Assembly (NCBI GenBank): GCA_013265495.1
Contig: MU058009.1
Location: 1,242,001 to 1,306,000 of the forward strand
DNA: 64,000 nucleotides
Source of the DNA: Vicugna vicugna
Lineage: Eukaryota
Reading direction: 5' to 3'
In this document: positions 26,701-39,464 of the stretch, piece after piece
Layout of the letters: every line of letters begins with the position of its first letter
Numbering within the stretch: the stretch's first letter is position 1
Made by a program: the position numbers and the translations under genes
Notes under the pieces: generated by a model
What the model was told of the DNA's origin: nothing
What the model saw: the letters and a program-made list of their open reading frames with translations, nothing else
Database searches by the model: none

Positions 26701-29267
26701 AGAAGGTATAACATCCTTTTAGAGATAAAAATAGCTCGAAGATAGTGAGTCTAAAATAATCCCCTGAAAAATGACTGAGGCTAAGCAACCTAGTATTTTG
26801 GGCTGTTAAAAAGGTATATTAAAACTTCTAAATCCATCCGTCTCCGCTGTGTTCACACTAAATCTGTGAGATCGATAAAAATGGAAGAGTTTCTCTCCCT
26901 TTTGGATGTAGAGAAATGGAAACCAAACCGGGAGCCAGGACTACTACAGATTAGAATCTAACCCATCCGGCCATCAGACGAGAGCTTTTTTGAAAATAGC
27001 ATTGTCCTTATTAAACACACACACACATAGAGAAACCAAAAAGAACCATTATTATCTGATGTGATAATCCACATTCGCTTGCAAACGGCAATGTCCCTTC
27101 AACGAACGACCCTTAAAAATCCTCTCCGTAAATCAGGGAGCATGGTGACCAGTCGGGACTGAATAAATGTAAGTAAGATAGTGAATTATATACAGCAGGA
27201 GCCACAACTAACCATTCCGGGGTGGCCACTGAGATACATATTTCATGTGGATTACGTCAATCCGTTTTCTCAAGGTTTCTGTAAAGCTGTGTCGTGAGCC
27301 CCTCTGCGCGATGAAGACAGTGAGCTACAAAGATACTAAACAGTACTTCCCTGCAGCGCAGCGTCCAGTGTGGAGCTGGGGTTCTTGCCCATTTAGTAAG
27401 ACGCCGAAACCTGCTCCCTCAAACCCTCCACTGCCCTGCCTGGGTCAGGCCCGAGCTGTCCCACCTGAGCGTTGTGAATGCTTCCAGAAGACTTTTTTTT
27501 TTTTTTTTTTGCCTTAAAATAAGCCTCCATGCGGGGGTTTGGTCCTTAGAAAGGATGATGAGTTTCTAGGAAACCTCCTAGAAGAATGTGTGATACAAAG
27601 ATCTCAAAATGCGGCTTTGCTCTGGCGAAGGGTCAATTATTGTGTGCCTTTCTTTTAAAAATTATGTATTTGTCCTTAAAAGCACTTCTAGCTGGACAGA
27701 AGCACGCAGCTCAAAAGCGCACGGCTAGAGGTAAGGATTTAATTGCAGACGCCAGGTTAACACGCTCTACAGGCAGGAGCTACTCAGGGGCGCTCAGACC
27801 CGGAAGCCTGGGAGTCGGCCCCCCAGCACCGGCTGCTGTTAAGCCCTCCAGAAAAGGCCAGTGGAGGGACTCCAGCCGCACTGCAAATTCTTTGCGTAAA
27901 TCCTTCTTGGAGCGAATCACACCAATGCAGTTGAAGGAACAGTAATACCTGGAGAAAAAGAGAAAGAAGAGAGAAAAGTGGTGAACTGAAGCTTGTTTCC
28001 TAGGAGCCACTAAAACCACCGTCCCCAGGGCCCCACCTGTACCTCTGCACTTCAGTGGGCTGGGAGGTTACTAGGCAGCAATGTTCTCCCAGCTCTCAGG
28101 AGCCACCAGCCTCCTGGCTTCATGAGTATTTGCTCTACCATGACAGGAGTTATCCAAACAGAAGAGAGAGAGAGTTCACATCCTAAAGCTAAGCTCCAAA
28201 GAGCTTTGACAAATTTTGCTTCCTGTCCCAGTAAACCAGCTCTTGATACTGAAAAGTGCAAAGTATTTTTGGTTGGGTGTGAAAATAAAATCAAACATGG
28301 AAAAGAGCTTTCAGTGGAAATGCATCAGTTTTGCCCCCAAATGCATGCCTGCATCCTTTCAGCATCGGAGTTGCACGTGCCAGCCAGCACAGCCAGTCTT
28401 GTTCCAGGCTCTGAAACTGGAACGTCCGTAGGTGAGGGGACTTCTCTGCGCGATCTGGTCTGGCCTTGAAATTGGCCATCTGTGAGGCTTCAGCCACAGA
28501 TCTGAAGATCGATGGGTAAAAGCGCACGCAGTAAGGCAGACGGGGGGCGATGGGACCAGTTCTCAGTGACGATCCGTCCAGTGGGAAAAGCAAAGTTGGG
28601 TATAAAATGCAGAAAGGAGACCCAACAGCAAAGGGGCGCCTGAGATCAGGGGCGTCAATTTCCATTTCCAGGATCCAAGTTCTTGGACTTGGTTCAAAAG
28701 TGTGACTCTATTTTCAGTTCAGGGGCCGTGACACACTGGACAGAGGAGGGAGTCAGGTTGCCTGGCTTCTAACCAGCCGAGTTACTTCCGCTGCAGGGTA
28801 GGTAAAGATACGGTAGAACTCCCTGTTGGGAGCCCTCTAAAACAGCGGGACGCACTGCTGTCACCCAGGAAAAGCGCCTTCTGGCAAGTCAGGGCCCCGT
28901 GAACAAGACAGAGGCGGGTGCCTGGTCAGTCCACTCTGTGACGCTCCCTGCTTTTGCCAACATCCCGTCCTTCTAATGGTCCCCACGTGCATGGGCGCTG
29001 AGCATCCTGCAACTGGCAATGATGACTTCCGGGCTACACAGACAGGGCAAGAGAAAGCACAGGAGAAATGTAAGTGGCCACAAGGGGACCAAAGAGGGGG
29101 TGGCACAGAGGTGACTGGTGGCTGAGAGAGGAGAAGTGAGGAGAAGCGCGTGGCCGACTCTTTGAGTCAAGCTCCAGAGAGCAATCACCGTTTGATACGG
29201 TTGGTCTCTACCTGGAAAAACTTTCCTGTTTGCCCGGCTAACACAGGGCCTTCCTCTTGCTCCCCCC

Positions 29268-29638
29268 TGTCTTGGTCTGTTTGGGCCGCTGTAACAAATC
29301 ACGTACGTGGTGGCTTACACAAAATAAACTCATTCTCTAACGTTTCTAACAGTTTTGGGGGCTGAGAGTTTGTGATCGGGCTGCCACCGTGGTCAGGGTC
29401 TGGGAGCAACCCTCTTGCTGGCTTGCAGACAGCCACCTTCTCATGTGGACTTTCCTCGGTGCACGTACGAAGAAAGATCTCTCTCTCTCTCTCCCTTTTC
29501 TTATAAAGTCATCGGTCCTGTTGGATTAGGGCCCCACTCTCATGACCTCATTTAACCTCATTACCTCCTGAAAGTCCCGTCTACAATGCAGCCATGCTGA
29601 AGGTTAGGGCTTCAGTGTGAACTGGAGGGGCCACAGCA
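29268..29638 (-). mobile_element. MaLR solo LTR (MLT1A-like)
   Basis: tgtcttggtctgtttgggccgctgtaacaaa...catgacctcatttaacctcattacctcc...gttagggcttca...cagca; flanks ccccc/ccctc. Confidence 0.85.
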
Positions 29639-29989
29639 CCCTCCCGGGCTAGAACACCTGGGGAAGTCAGTTCTGCTGAAGTACCTCCTACCTAGTTACT
29701 GCTGGTTAATTCTCAGAGCCTCTTCCTGGTCCAGAAGGTCCCAAACGCTCCCTCACGGAGCATTCCAGCCCAGAAACCCCTTGCAGCTGCCTCAACCTCC
29801 TCCCTCAGTCCCGCACTTCGTTAAGACAGATCTGCCTTGTTCTGATGGTGCGTGAGGACAGTCCACAGTTCTCGTCAGGATCCGTTGCTAAAGCGCAGGG
29901 AATAACAAACGGATGTAAGATGAGGATCGTCAAATGTTGGTCATTTCTTCCTTTACTTCTTGTTCTTTATTATTCTTCGCTAACTAATC

Positions 29990-30790
29990 AATAAGAAGCC
30001 ACTGAATGATTTTCAGCAAGGGGATAACGGAATCAGATTTACATTTGCTGCGGGATGTGGAGAAAAGAGGGGTGAGGATGACAGGTGTGTTGAAGACGAT
30101 GACTCTTAGGTTTTGGGCATCAGCACCGGAATGGATGTGATACCATCTGGCTGATACAGGGAACATTGACAGAAGAAGATCATTTAGGGAAAACACCCCA
30201 GTTTTACATTAGATCTACTTTGAAAAACTTTTACATCTTTCGAGGGTATACGTCAAATAGATCCTGAGATGGTCGATTCTAGAACTCAAGGAGAGCTCAC
30301 CTCTCTTTCCTTTCTTGGCCTCAGGAATCTTATTTCTGTTTCCAATTCTACAGAAAGTCCATTCTCCATTCTTTAATGTCAGTCATGCTCTCTCCTGTAC
30401 CGAATCCAGTGACATTTTCCCAAGAATCATCTTCCTGGAAGAAAAGAAGTTATTTTGAGAAGCAAAAAGTTAGACAGGATATTTCAGGTGGAAGCATAGC
30501 TTTAAAATAAAGGCAAGTAGACAGAAGTAGGGAAACATGATTCAAGGCACCATGCAAAGCCGGTGGGCAATAAAGGATGTGTGTTGGAAATAACAGGAGC
30601 TAATATTGGAAAAGTAGGACAGGAATTAACTCGGTCAGCTTTTGCAGGTGAGCTTTCCCTGTTCAGACTGAGTTCTATATGTAGGGGAGGAACACCCAGA
30701 ATTTTTCAGCAGAGAAATGGCATAGAGAAAGAGCTGTTTTATAAAATTCATCTGTTCAATATCAGAATGAATTAGATACGGCTAAAGTCT
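29990..30790 (-). mobile_element. L2 LINE fragments
   Basis: gaagccactgaatgattttcagcaaggggataacggaatcagattt and gatgactcttaggttttgggcat...ggatgtgatacca are typical antisense L2 motifs. Confidence 0.65.
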
Positions 30791-32548
30791 GTGGATCTAG
30801 TGACAGGGATTAAATTCCATTCAACAGGCTTCGGTGAGCTTCCCTACTGACAGGTGCTGTCCTGTGTCCTCTGACGCAGCCTTATGAACAAGCAACCTGC
30901 TGGCTCCAGGCGTAAGACAGAGTAAATACAATACGACCTGTGTTCCTCAGGACATCATAATTTCAATAACTGGAGCAATGGGGAAGAGCTTTGGATAAAT
31001 GTCTCTAATGTAAGGCATTACAGGCTGTTTCAAACCAGAAATAGTCACTGAGTTTTATGTAAGTTTCAAGGAGCAATTAGTTACTACCAACTAAAGTGGA
31101 GGGTTCAGGGAAGGTCTACCGAGGTGACGTGAGTGAGATCTTGAGGGAGCAGAGGACATCAGCTGGTGGAAGTGATGACAGTTGCACAAAGCTGGGGCTT
31201 TTGCCCCTTACTCTATTGATCTGTATGCTGACTTCACAACTTGCAAATCTAAAGCCTGGCGTTGGCTTGGAGTTTCAGGTTGATGGTGTGGAGTGCTTGG
31301 CTATGAGACACTCTCCATCCTCTCAGTATTCCGACTGGAGGGAAATCAGAAGCAGGCTGCTGGAGCAATCCAGTTCCTGCAGTAGTGAGATAATGCTAAC
31401 TATTGATCTACCAGAAGACAGCATTGATGATCTGTCCTGCTGGTGACTAGGCAGCAGCAAAAAGAGACAAGAGAAGAGAGAGGTAGCCCCAGAGAGAGGG
31501 GGTGATGCATGATCAGCCCTTCAGGAGCATTTCAGGAGACCCCGATTCCGCTTTCTTTGGGGTCAGGGCTTGGCTCGGCACCTCTGCTGGGCACCTCAGT
31601 ACGCGGGTCAGTGGAGGCCGCTGGCAAGACGGGAGACGGGCAGCCGCATCACGGAGCTGCTGTGTGTCCTCAGGCGGACCATCCTTCCGTGACTCACTGT
31701 CCCGACCTGTGAATTGAGGATAATAACCCGTGACCCTCTGCTATCACTCTACGTGGGAGGTCAGGTCCTGCAGGTGAAGGACTTCGAAGTCACAAAGACA
31801 AAGGAGCTCTTACCCAAAATTTCCGGGGAGTCGTGTCAGCATCAAGCAACATTTACGAGTCCTCGCTCTGCACTGGGCACCATTTCGTCTCATGTACAGT
31901 GAACTGACTGAAACTCCAAAGTGCCCACCTCTGAGGAGTCTGCCCTTCAAAAACTGTTAGCTGTCGAGGTGATAGAAATATATTCACAGAGGAGATACAG
32001 GGTTTAAAGAAGGAAGGAAAGTTTTTGTTTTTCCCTCCGTAATGCCCAAATCTCCATGCCAGGCTGACTTGAGAATTTTGTTTATTTTTACCGCTGTATT
32101 TCCCATGCCTACACCCCAGGAGCAAGCAGGGCCCTTCAAGGAGTGTGGTGGCCGGCGATGGACCGGCGGCATCCTGTCGCAGTGCCGCAGAGGCGGGGAG
32201 CCGAGAGGGGTCGTTGGCAGTCCGCGCCAGCAGGTCCTAAGCACAAAACCCGTCCTGGTTTTGGAAGGTGGACTCGAGGAGAGTAAGCAAACAGGCCTCG
32301 GGTGGGGTGGTGGCAGATCTCTACACCTGGGGGCTTGCGGGGGCAGTGGTGCCTCACACGGCAGGTCTCCGCGCCTCGGAGTCCCTTATCTAACGTGTGA
32401 CCGCAACTATTTTCCCAAGAAAATTAAAGTGACTTAGTCAGTCAACCTGAAATTCCCAGCAGGGCTCTGCCAGTGGACTGCAAGCTTTCTCACCAGATTT
32501 TGGAGGCCGAGCGAGCAGGCGGCTCAGAGCCCGCCAGAGGTGGGATTC

Positions 32549-32568
32549 TGCTGCCACCTGGTGGGCAG
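32549..32568 (-). promoter_or_regulatory. CTCF motif, near-consensus, reverse orientation
   Basis: Minus strand reads ctgCCCACCAGGTGGCAGCA. Confidence 0.55.
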
Positions 32569-33258
32569 TGAGGGGGCTGCCCCCTTGTCCCCCGTGGCTC
32601 CAAAGGACGTCAAGACACCTGGGAAGAAAACAGCCAAGAAAGAAGTTAATAGAAAGCCGTCCTTGGGTTCAGCGCATCTCAGGGGACAGCCAGGCCCACT
32701 TCCAAGGGAGTGCATCTCTGACCCCTGCAGAGGGTGGGGGCCTGTCACCTTCCCTGAGAGCGTGGCCCCTGGGACCCCCAGTCCTGGGCTGCTTCTGGGC
32801 GATCAGGGGGCATCAGGAGCCTCAGAGAAAACCTATTACATAGTTGAAGCCAAGGAGCTTGGAAATTTACGACCAGTCAGTTCACTGTCGTTGAAGACGG
32901 CAGCCTAGTCACTTCTGGTTCCCCCGCCGTCCCCTGCCTCACGCGCTGAGTGTGTCACTCTGGGAACACGTTTTTGGTTTCTGTTGTTTTGTTTTTTGGA
33001 GTTTTTTTGTTTCTTTGCTTTTCGTTTTATTTACTCCTTCTCTGCTCTTTCTGTTAATGGAAGTCTAGACGGTAGATACTGTTTCTGATGGCAGCTGTAG
33101 TTCTCAGAGTTTTCTGTGTTAGAAGAGGCGATGTTCCTTTACGTGTGGTCACAGTGAGACTCAAATTTAGGCTCCCTTCCCCTCAGCAGCCCATATTCTA
33201 GAGGAGCTGGCAGGCACAATAAAAAAAAAAGTAATTGCAGAGAAATGTAATAAGAGCC

Positions 33259-33648
33259 TATTATGGTGAATTTTACGTGTCAATTGGCCTAGGTCATGGT
33301 ACCCAGTTGGGGGTCAAACACCAGTCTAGATATTGCTGTGAGGGTATGTTTTGAATGAGATCAAGATTTACAATCAGTTGACTCTGAATAGAGTAGATTA
33401 TCCTCTTGTAACGTGGGTGGGCCTCGTCCTATCAGTTGAAGGGCTTAGGAGAAAAGACTGAGGTCCCCCAAGGAAGAAGGAATCCAGCCTCCAGATAGTC
33501 TGCAGACTTGAGCTGCAGCATTAACTTCTCCCTGCGTCTCCAGCCTGCCGACCTGACCTACAGATTCAGATTTGCCAACCCCCACAACTGCATGACCCGA
33601 TTCCTTAAAATAAGTATCTCCAGATAGATGATGATGATAGATAGATAT

Positions 33649-33699
<51 letters not shown>

Positions 33700-33720
33700 T
33701 CTCCTATTGATTCTGCCTGA
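33259..33720 (+). mobile_element. ERVL solo LTR (MLT2-like)
   Basis: atggtgaattttacgtgtcaattggcctaggtcatggtacccag...gtgggtgggcctcgtcctatcagttgaagg...ttccttaaaataa...ctcctattgattctg. Confidence 0.85.
33622..33700 (+). repeat. (AGAT)n tetranucleotide microsatellite inside the MLT2 LTR
   Basis: 12 perfect AGAT units at 33651-33698 with a degenerate lead-in. Confidence 0.95.
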
Positions 33721-34159
33721 GGTAATTCTTAGGCTACTTTTTCAAGGACAGACAAATTGAAATTCTCCACATGAAGAAGGAAATACATTTTCTAGGCAAA
33801 GGGAATGAGCAGAAATGAGCTAATCAGACCCTTGTTGTGCATGTCACGTGGTCCTCAATCACTCTGGTCTATGGTTCCCAAGGTGGTAAGAGCATAGGGG
33901 TGTGATAGGTGGGAGCAGGTTACCTGGGACCAGGTGTGAAGTCCTTGATTCTGAAGAGTTTGGCTTTTATCAGAGACACTGAGCTATCTGACATCATGGT
34001 TGTGAATGGGCAGCGTAAAGTGAAGGTAAGAAGTGGGGTGCTTTTGAGGCTGCTAGGGATAGACAATCCCTAGGAGGCAGACTACAATTTTTAGCTCAAA
34101 TTCTAATGAGAATAATCTGTAGGTGTGAAGACTGAGCCGTGAACCAAAAAGAACCTTGG

Positions 34160-34379
34160 GGTTTGGAGGGAGGGTAAAGCTCAGTGGTTAGAGCACATGC
34201 TTAGCATGCATGAGGTCCTGGGTTCAATCCCCGGTACCTCCATTAAAATAACTAAATAAATCTAATCTCCTCCCCCCCAAAAAAAAACCGAAAGGAAAAA
34301 CCATACAAAAAACCCCACAAACAAAATTAATAAAATATTTTTTAAAAAAGAAAAGAATGTGTATTAAAAAAAAAAAAAC
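34160..34379 (+). mobile_element. tRNA-Ala-derived SINE (Vic-1-like), copy 2
   Basis: gggagggtaaagctcagtggttagagcacatgcttagcatgcatgaggtcctgggttcaatccccggtacctcca plus A-rich tail; TSD aaagaaccttgg (34148-34159) / aaagaaccctgg (34380-34391). Confidence 0.9.
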
Positions 34380-35080
34380 AAAGAACCCTGGAGAAGCAGA
34401 AACCATGAAAGCAGCCTTCTCTCCAGTTTTTCTCTAATATCTTAACAAAAGGAAGGACCGGATGACGGATGAGAGGTGTGCTCCTGCGCACCTGGAGGAA
34501 TTTTATCTTAAAACCGACCAAACCCTTATTGTGTAAGCAAAATAATTTGAATCCTGGAGGATCCAAGCTGTGATTTGAATTTCATGACATTTTTACTAGG
34601 CTGAAATGTTACCACTGCTCTAAGTATGGTTTTAGCTTCATAATATTGAAGCTCGTCGCCTCACTCTAAGACTTTTGAATTTTCATTTTTAAAGGATATG
34701 TAAAACTTCACCTTTTAAAATAAAATTTAATTCAATATGTTAAAAAAAAAAAAAAAAAGAAAAGGAAAGAAAAAAAGACTGCACTGGTCAGGATCGCCCC
34801 TCCTCTGGTTAAGTAAGCTTGAGAAAATTACCCTCCAAGCCTCAATTTCCTTATTTACAAGCAAGCAAGCTGATATTAGCACTGGCCTCCCAGGGCACCT
34901 TGCAGAAGCTTACTAACCTTTATTTATTATTGGATAAGGCTATTAAAGCAAGACCCTAGAGCTGCCTGCTATAAGCTTGGCAGTTTTTAAAAGGACCAGT
35001 TTCTCATACTATCCCAGCCCTTGTTTCAAATACTTGTGTTTTCATCAGCATCATAAGCATTTGTCTTCTGTCTTTGAAGA

Positions 35081-35099
35081 TGGTCCACTAGAGGTCCCA
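35081..35099 (+). promoter_or_regulatory. CTCF-like motif (moderate match)
   Basis: tggtCCACTAGAGGTCcca. Confidence 0.3.
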
Positions 35100-37199
35100 G
35101 GTCTTACCGAGGGGAGAGAAGAAAGACGCCAACATGATTGTGTCAATCAGTGATTGGGGGATACAGGAAGTTCAGAGAACCCATTACTTACCTCCTCTGC
35201 TGTTTCCCTCAGAGTCAGACCTCAGGGCTCCCAACGGGTCACTATGGGGCCACGCAAGGTGCTCAGGGTGTGTTGTTCTAATGTAACGTCACCAAGGAAG
35301 ATGCACCCATACTGTCTTCACCATTTCCAGCTCCCTGCACTTTCCCTAGGAGTTCTGGGTCTCTGCAGTGGGGGTTGTGGCTGGGAGGTGGGGTAATCAG
35401 ATGGCTAAGTGACTGAGAAGTGGCCTCCTGGAGTGCCTGCGGCAGCCTGGGCCTCATTAACGCATCCTGCCCAGGTGCCCGGGGCGAGAGTGACAACTGG
35501 ACAATTGCACTTGTCATCTGCCTAGAAGCTGGAATCAAAAAAGTATCTGCTCCTACAGGGTTAATGCCAGTTGAATATTCCTGGGGCACCCACGGATGAG
35601 TCCTGCACAGGACCTATGATCAGCGGGGACATTTTAAACCACCACAGATTTGCACAGCTATAAATAGGATGATTCAAACATGCACCTGCACGCGGACACA
35701 CACGGACACCCACACGGACACACACGCGTGCGTTCCCAGGTGTCAGGTGCAACTTAGGGCTTTCCTGTCTGCCGCCTGGGAGAGGAGTCTCCAGGTGAAC
35801 CTGCCCCAGGTGGGACTCCCCTAAGCCTGAGACTAGCTCTCACTGCGCCCCTGGCCTCCCTCTTGCAGAGGAAGCGCTAAGAGGCCTGGGAATCTCTTGA
35901 GACCCCATTTGGTTACCGAGACCTTAGAGCTAAGTTCTGTGTTCAGCAACAGTGGTTATTTTAAGACTAGGATGCAGGCAGTATTCACCCTCCCACACAC
36001 TCCTCGACTGCTCAGCTTTGATCTTTCATTTTTGTGATGATGATTCTCCGGTATTTCACAGCTATGCTGTACGTAGTAAAATGCTCCATGTTGGGGGCAA
36101 GCACATACGTACACACACTGGCCTCAAATCTTACACAACAGCAACAGTGCTGTAGATAATTTGTCTCAAATCTTAAATAATAGTAACAATACTAATAATA
36201 GCCAACACATCCCACTTTCCTGCTGCTTCGCAGGGAAATACATATTATCCCATAATTTATACCATTCCTCATTCATAACCATGAACGTTGTCTCTAAAGG
36301 CCCTCATGGTTGTAAATCACATGAATCCTATTTCTACAAATCCCAGAGTCACGGGCTAGATTCTGTTTCTTCTAACGGCATCACTAGTTCCTAAATGTCT
36401 GGTTGAGGTAAAGGTTGGATTTAGAAGGGTACCAGGACTCCCGCGGAAGGAACACAGCCCCTGGGCTACTTCTTTCATCGATGCCTGGGTGGCTGAGATG
36501 GTGACACGGGCTTGGTTCACCTCGTGGCTCAGTGAGAGAAGAACTGGGGACCTGGGCCATGACCCTGGCCTTGGCCTGATGACCCTGAGGCTCCAGGGCT
36601 CAACGTTCCATCTCTAACAGGGTGGAATCAGCTGAATTAAATCAGGAACTTTCAAAAATATTTAAAGACAGAAAAATTTTAAACAAAACATTGTGATGGT
36701 GCCAAGAACAACAGAAGCGATAATAATGAATATTGTAAGCGTCGCTAAAACTGGTGGATGTGGTAACGGGACACACAGTTCCTCCCCGCGGGCGTGTGGC
36801 CAGCAGCAGACAGCCCCCAGCTGTCGGACCTCCGTGGGGCCAGCCCTCAGCATCCCCAGCTCCAGAGCGGCCCGTGGAACTGGCTGAAGACTTCGCTGCG
36901 GCTCAGCTTGTCCTCCCGCCCGACCCTGCCTCCCGCCACCCTCCCATGCTGACCCCCAAGTGCTCCGTAATCCCCCCCCATGCTGGGACCCACTCCTGGG
37001 ACCCCCGCTGTAACAGGAGCCTCATTAAGCCTCAGGACCTGCGACGGGCTCTCTGCAGGCACGGCCTCCGGCCCGCTCTGCCGCCGTCTGCGCAGAAAGG
37101 AGGCGCCGCACAGGGCAGTAGCACAGGAATTAGCGTCTGCGAGCCTGCCTCGGCCCCGGCATTTTACGGGGAGCTTGAGGAATTTCCAGGGCTCACTCG

Positions 37200-37500
37200 G
37201 AGTATATGCACACTTCCTTCACTCGCCAGCTGGCTCTGGGGTCTCACCCCCTGTAAGCAGCATTTCTGCTATTACAGCAGAGCTTGCCACAATGAATGTA
37301 AATAATTGCCTTATTAATATTAAATAAATGCAAAGTGCTTAAAATGATGCCAAGCGTCTAGCAAATGCTATACAAAACTTACACCAAATGAAGACAGTAT
37401 CGCCATTACTGTCACCCTTATTTTACAGACTGAAATACAGGTGCTGAATAGCCCTTGGGATCAGTGCCCATCATCTGACTTAAACCTCTGGGCTCTTCCT
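37200..37500. mobile_element. Two MIR fragments in opposite orientations
   Basis: aaatgcaaagtgcttaaaatgatgcc (plus) then cccttattttacagactgaaatacagg (minus). Confidence 0.5.
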
Positions 37501-37544
37501 CACTTTGCTGCACTTGAAACTATGAGACAAATAAGAAGACAGAT

Positions 37545-37754
37545 ACAGGGGAGGGTGCAGCTCAGAGGCAGGGTGTCTGCGTAGCATGCAGGGGGTCCTG
37601 GGTTCAATCCCCAGGACCTCCATTTAAAAATAATTAGTAACAATAATAATTTTAAAATGGATAACTAAACTTAATTACCTCCCTCCAAGACACACAAAGT
37701 AAAAAACTAAAAAATAAATAAATAAATAAATAAAAATTTGAAAAGCTAAGTAAC
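37545..37754 (+). mobile_element. tRNA-Ala-derived SINE (Vic-1-like), copy 3, diverged
   Basis: ggggagggtgcagctcagaggcagggtgtctgcgtagcatgcagggggtcctgggttcaatccccaggacctcca; aacttaattacctccc motif; TSD aagaagacag at 37533-37542 and 37755-37764. Confidence 0.88.
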
Positions 37755-38683
37755 AAGAAGACAGCTGTCTAGATGGAGGAGTGAGGGTGGAGAGACTCCG
37801 CTTAGCTGCCCACCCCTCCCCCACCTCTATAGCAACTGAGTGGACACTGAGCCCACGGTGTCCTATCGAAAGACCCAATTCTAGTTCCAAAATCCTGTGA
37901 TCACTAATGAGACTTGGGTAAATCCGATCACATTTCCTAAGCATGGGGCTCTTTGCAAGGTGGCCTCTCTGATCTAGGCATGCCATCTGCCATCCACTTC
38001 TCTACGCTGGACGGTTTCCATCATGTCCAAAGCTGACATCCCCCCTCCCAGTCCTTCTAGACCAGGACAAGCTCTTTAGCCACAGAAGCCAGAGAATCCT
38101 GGCAAATGTTCCATCCTCTCATGTCCACAGGGTCTTTCCTGGCAAAACATGGGAAGGGGGCAGGTGGTTAACAGAGGCCCAGTAGCGTATATATTGGGAG
38201 CAAAGAAGGAGATAATTAAGTTTTCCGATGCTCATAAGACCTGGCCTCTGGAAGAGCATAGAATCTCCCAGCAGGTAGAGAAAAGTTCTTGCCATCTGTT
38301 TCCTTCCATCGTTCATTTGAACACTTTTCTTACCATCAGACACCCGTTTCTTGCCCTCAGCTCTCCAAGACAGAAGTAGCCTCACACCCAAGAGCCGCCG
38401 CAGGAGTTACTGCTACGCTTTGCCCATCTGGCAGCTACCGAACCAAAACCCTCGCCAGCTGGAACCACTGACCTGGTATTTTATAGCTGGTACCGTGGGG
38501 TCAAACGCAGCCCCGACCCCAGTGGACACGCGGCCCTGCCGTAATGAAAGAGGGAACAAGGCGGGGAGGGGTTCACGAGGGGCGGATGCGGGTGCCCGTA
38601 CTAGGCTTTTCCCAGCACCAACATCTTACCACGATGCCCCCCAGCTGTACTGCTGACATAGTGATGGGAGTCCTGGTGTGGAG

Positions 38684-38702
38684 TGTCCACTAGAGGGCAG
38701 CA
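38684..38702 (+). promoter_or_regulatory. CTCF motif, near-consensus, forward orientation
   Basis: TGTCCACTAGAGGGCAGCA. Confidence 0.6.
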
Positions 38703-38974
38703 GAGTTCTTCCCACGTCACTTCGGCTTTTTCAGGGATGCTCCTAAAGCAAAGTAAAATAAGCGCTTTGAAAAAACACGCATGCCACGCCTGGACTACAC
38801 TTAGTTCTTCACGCAGACTTCTCACAGGCCTGTTTTGTTTGTCTTCTCTGGAAGTGGAAGTCAGCCATCTTGGTAGAAACGTGTAGTAGGAGGCGCTTAG
38901 AGGGGTTTGGGAGACGGGGCGTAACACCTTAGCCTAGATTTTACAAGTGATTTTTTTAAATGACGATTCCACCC

Positions 38975-39090
38975 CTCGGAAAAAGGGCATCATAGCAGTG
39001 CCCATGTCTTGCATGTTGCGAGTTTTAAATAAAGTTATTTCTGTAAAGCGCTTGGCACAGTTTTGGAAATAAAGTAAACCATCTATTGGT
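38975..39090 (+). mobile_element. MIR SINE fragment
   Basis: tgtaaagcgcttggcacagttttggaaataaagtaaaccatc. Confidence 0.55.
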
Positions 39091-39464
39091 AATGTCTCCT
39101 CGTCTTTTTCTCCCTTAAGCACCAGCAGCTGCAGAAGTGGAAGAGGCGTGCAGCAGGAGGAGAAAAAAATGGTAGTTCAGACCAAAAATCTGGTCGTTGC
39201 CATTTCTGTCTCCTTAAGGAGGGGAAATCTTGTGTCCCTGGGGTAGATCGTCCTTTTGTGCAGAAAACCCTCCGGATGTGGCTTCTGTCCTTAGGCAGTG
39301 GCCCAAGCTGGGAGCTGTGACCCAGGGATGAGGGTGAGGCACGAGCCGGTGTGTGAAGAGGCCCGTGAGTCCGAGTCCAGAAGCGACAGGTCTAGAACAG
39401 AGCCAGAGAGAGGCTCTTCCCAGGGACTCAGACGGCCGGGAAAACTTAAGAACAAGGAGTCATA

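Noticed and set aside
27564..27583. 8-bp inverted repeat ttctagga-aacc-tcctagaa
   Set aside because: Stems of this length are expected by chance in 64 kb
35680..35732. cacggacac repeated units
   Set aside because: Degenerate (CA)n-derived low-complexity tract with no array structure
36754..37305. Longest ORF in the window (183 aa)
   Set aside because: Pro/Ala/Arg-rich translation of a GC-rich patch running into a MIR; non-ATG start; no recognisable domain
39120..39171. Possible micro-exon (HQQLQKWKRRAAGGEKN) after a pyrimidine tract
   Set aside because: Weak AAG acceptor and weak GTAGTT donor; peptide not recognised; no partner exons
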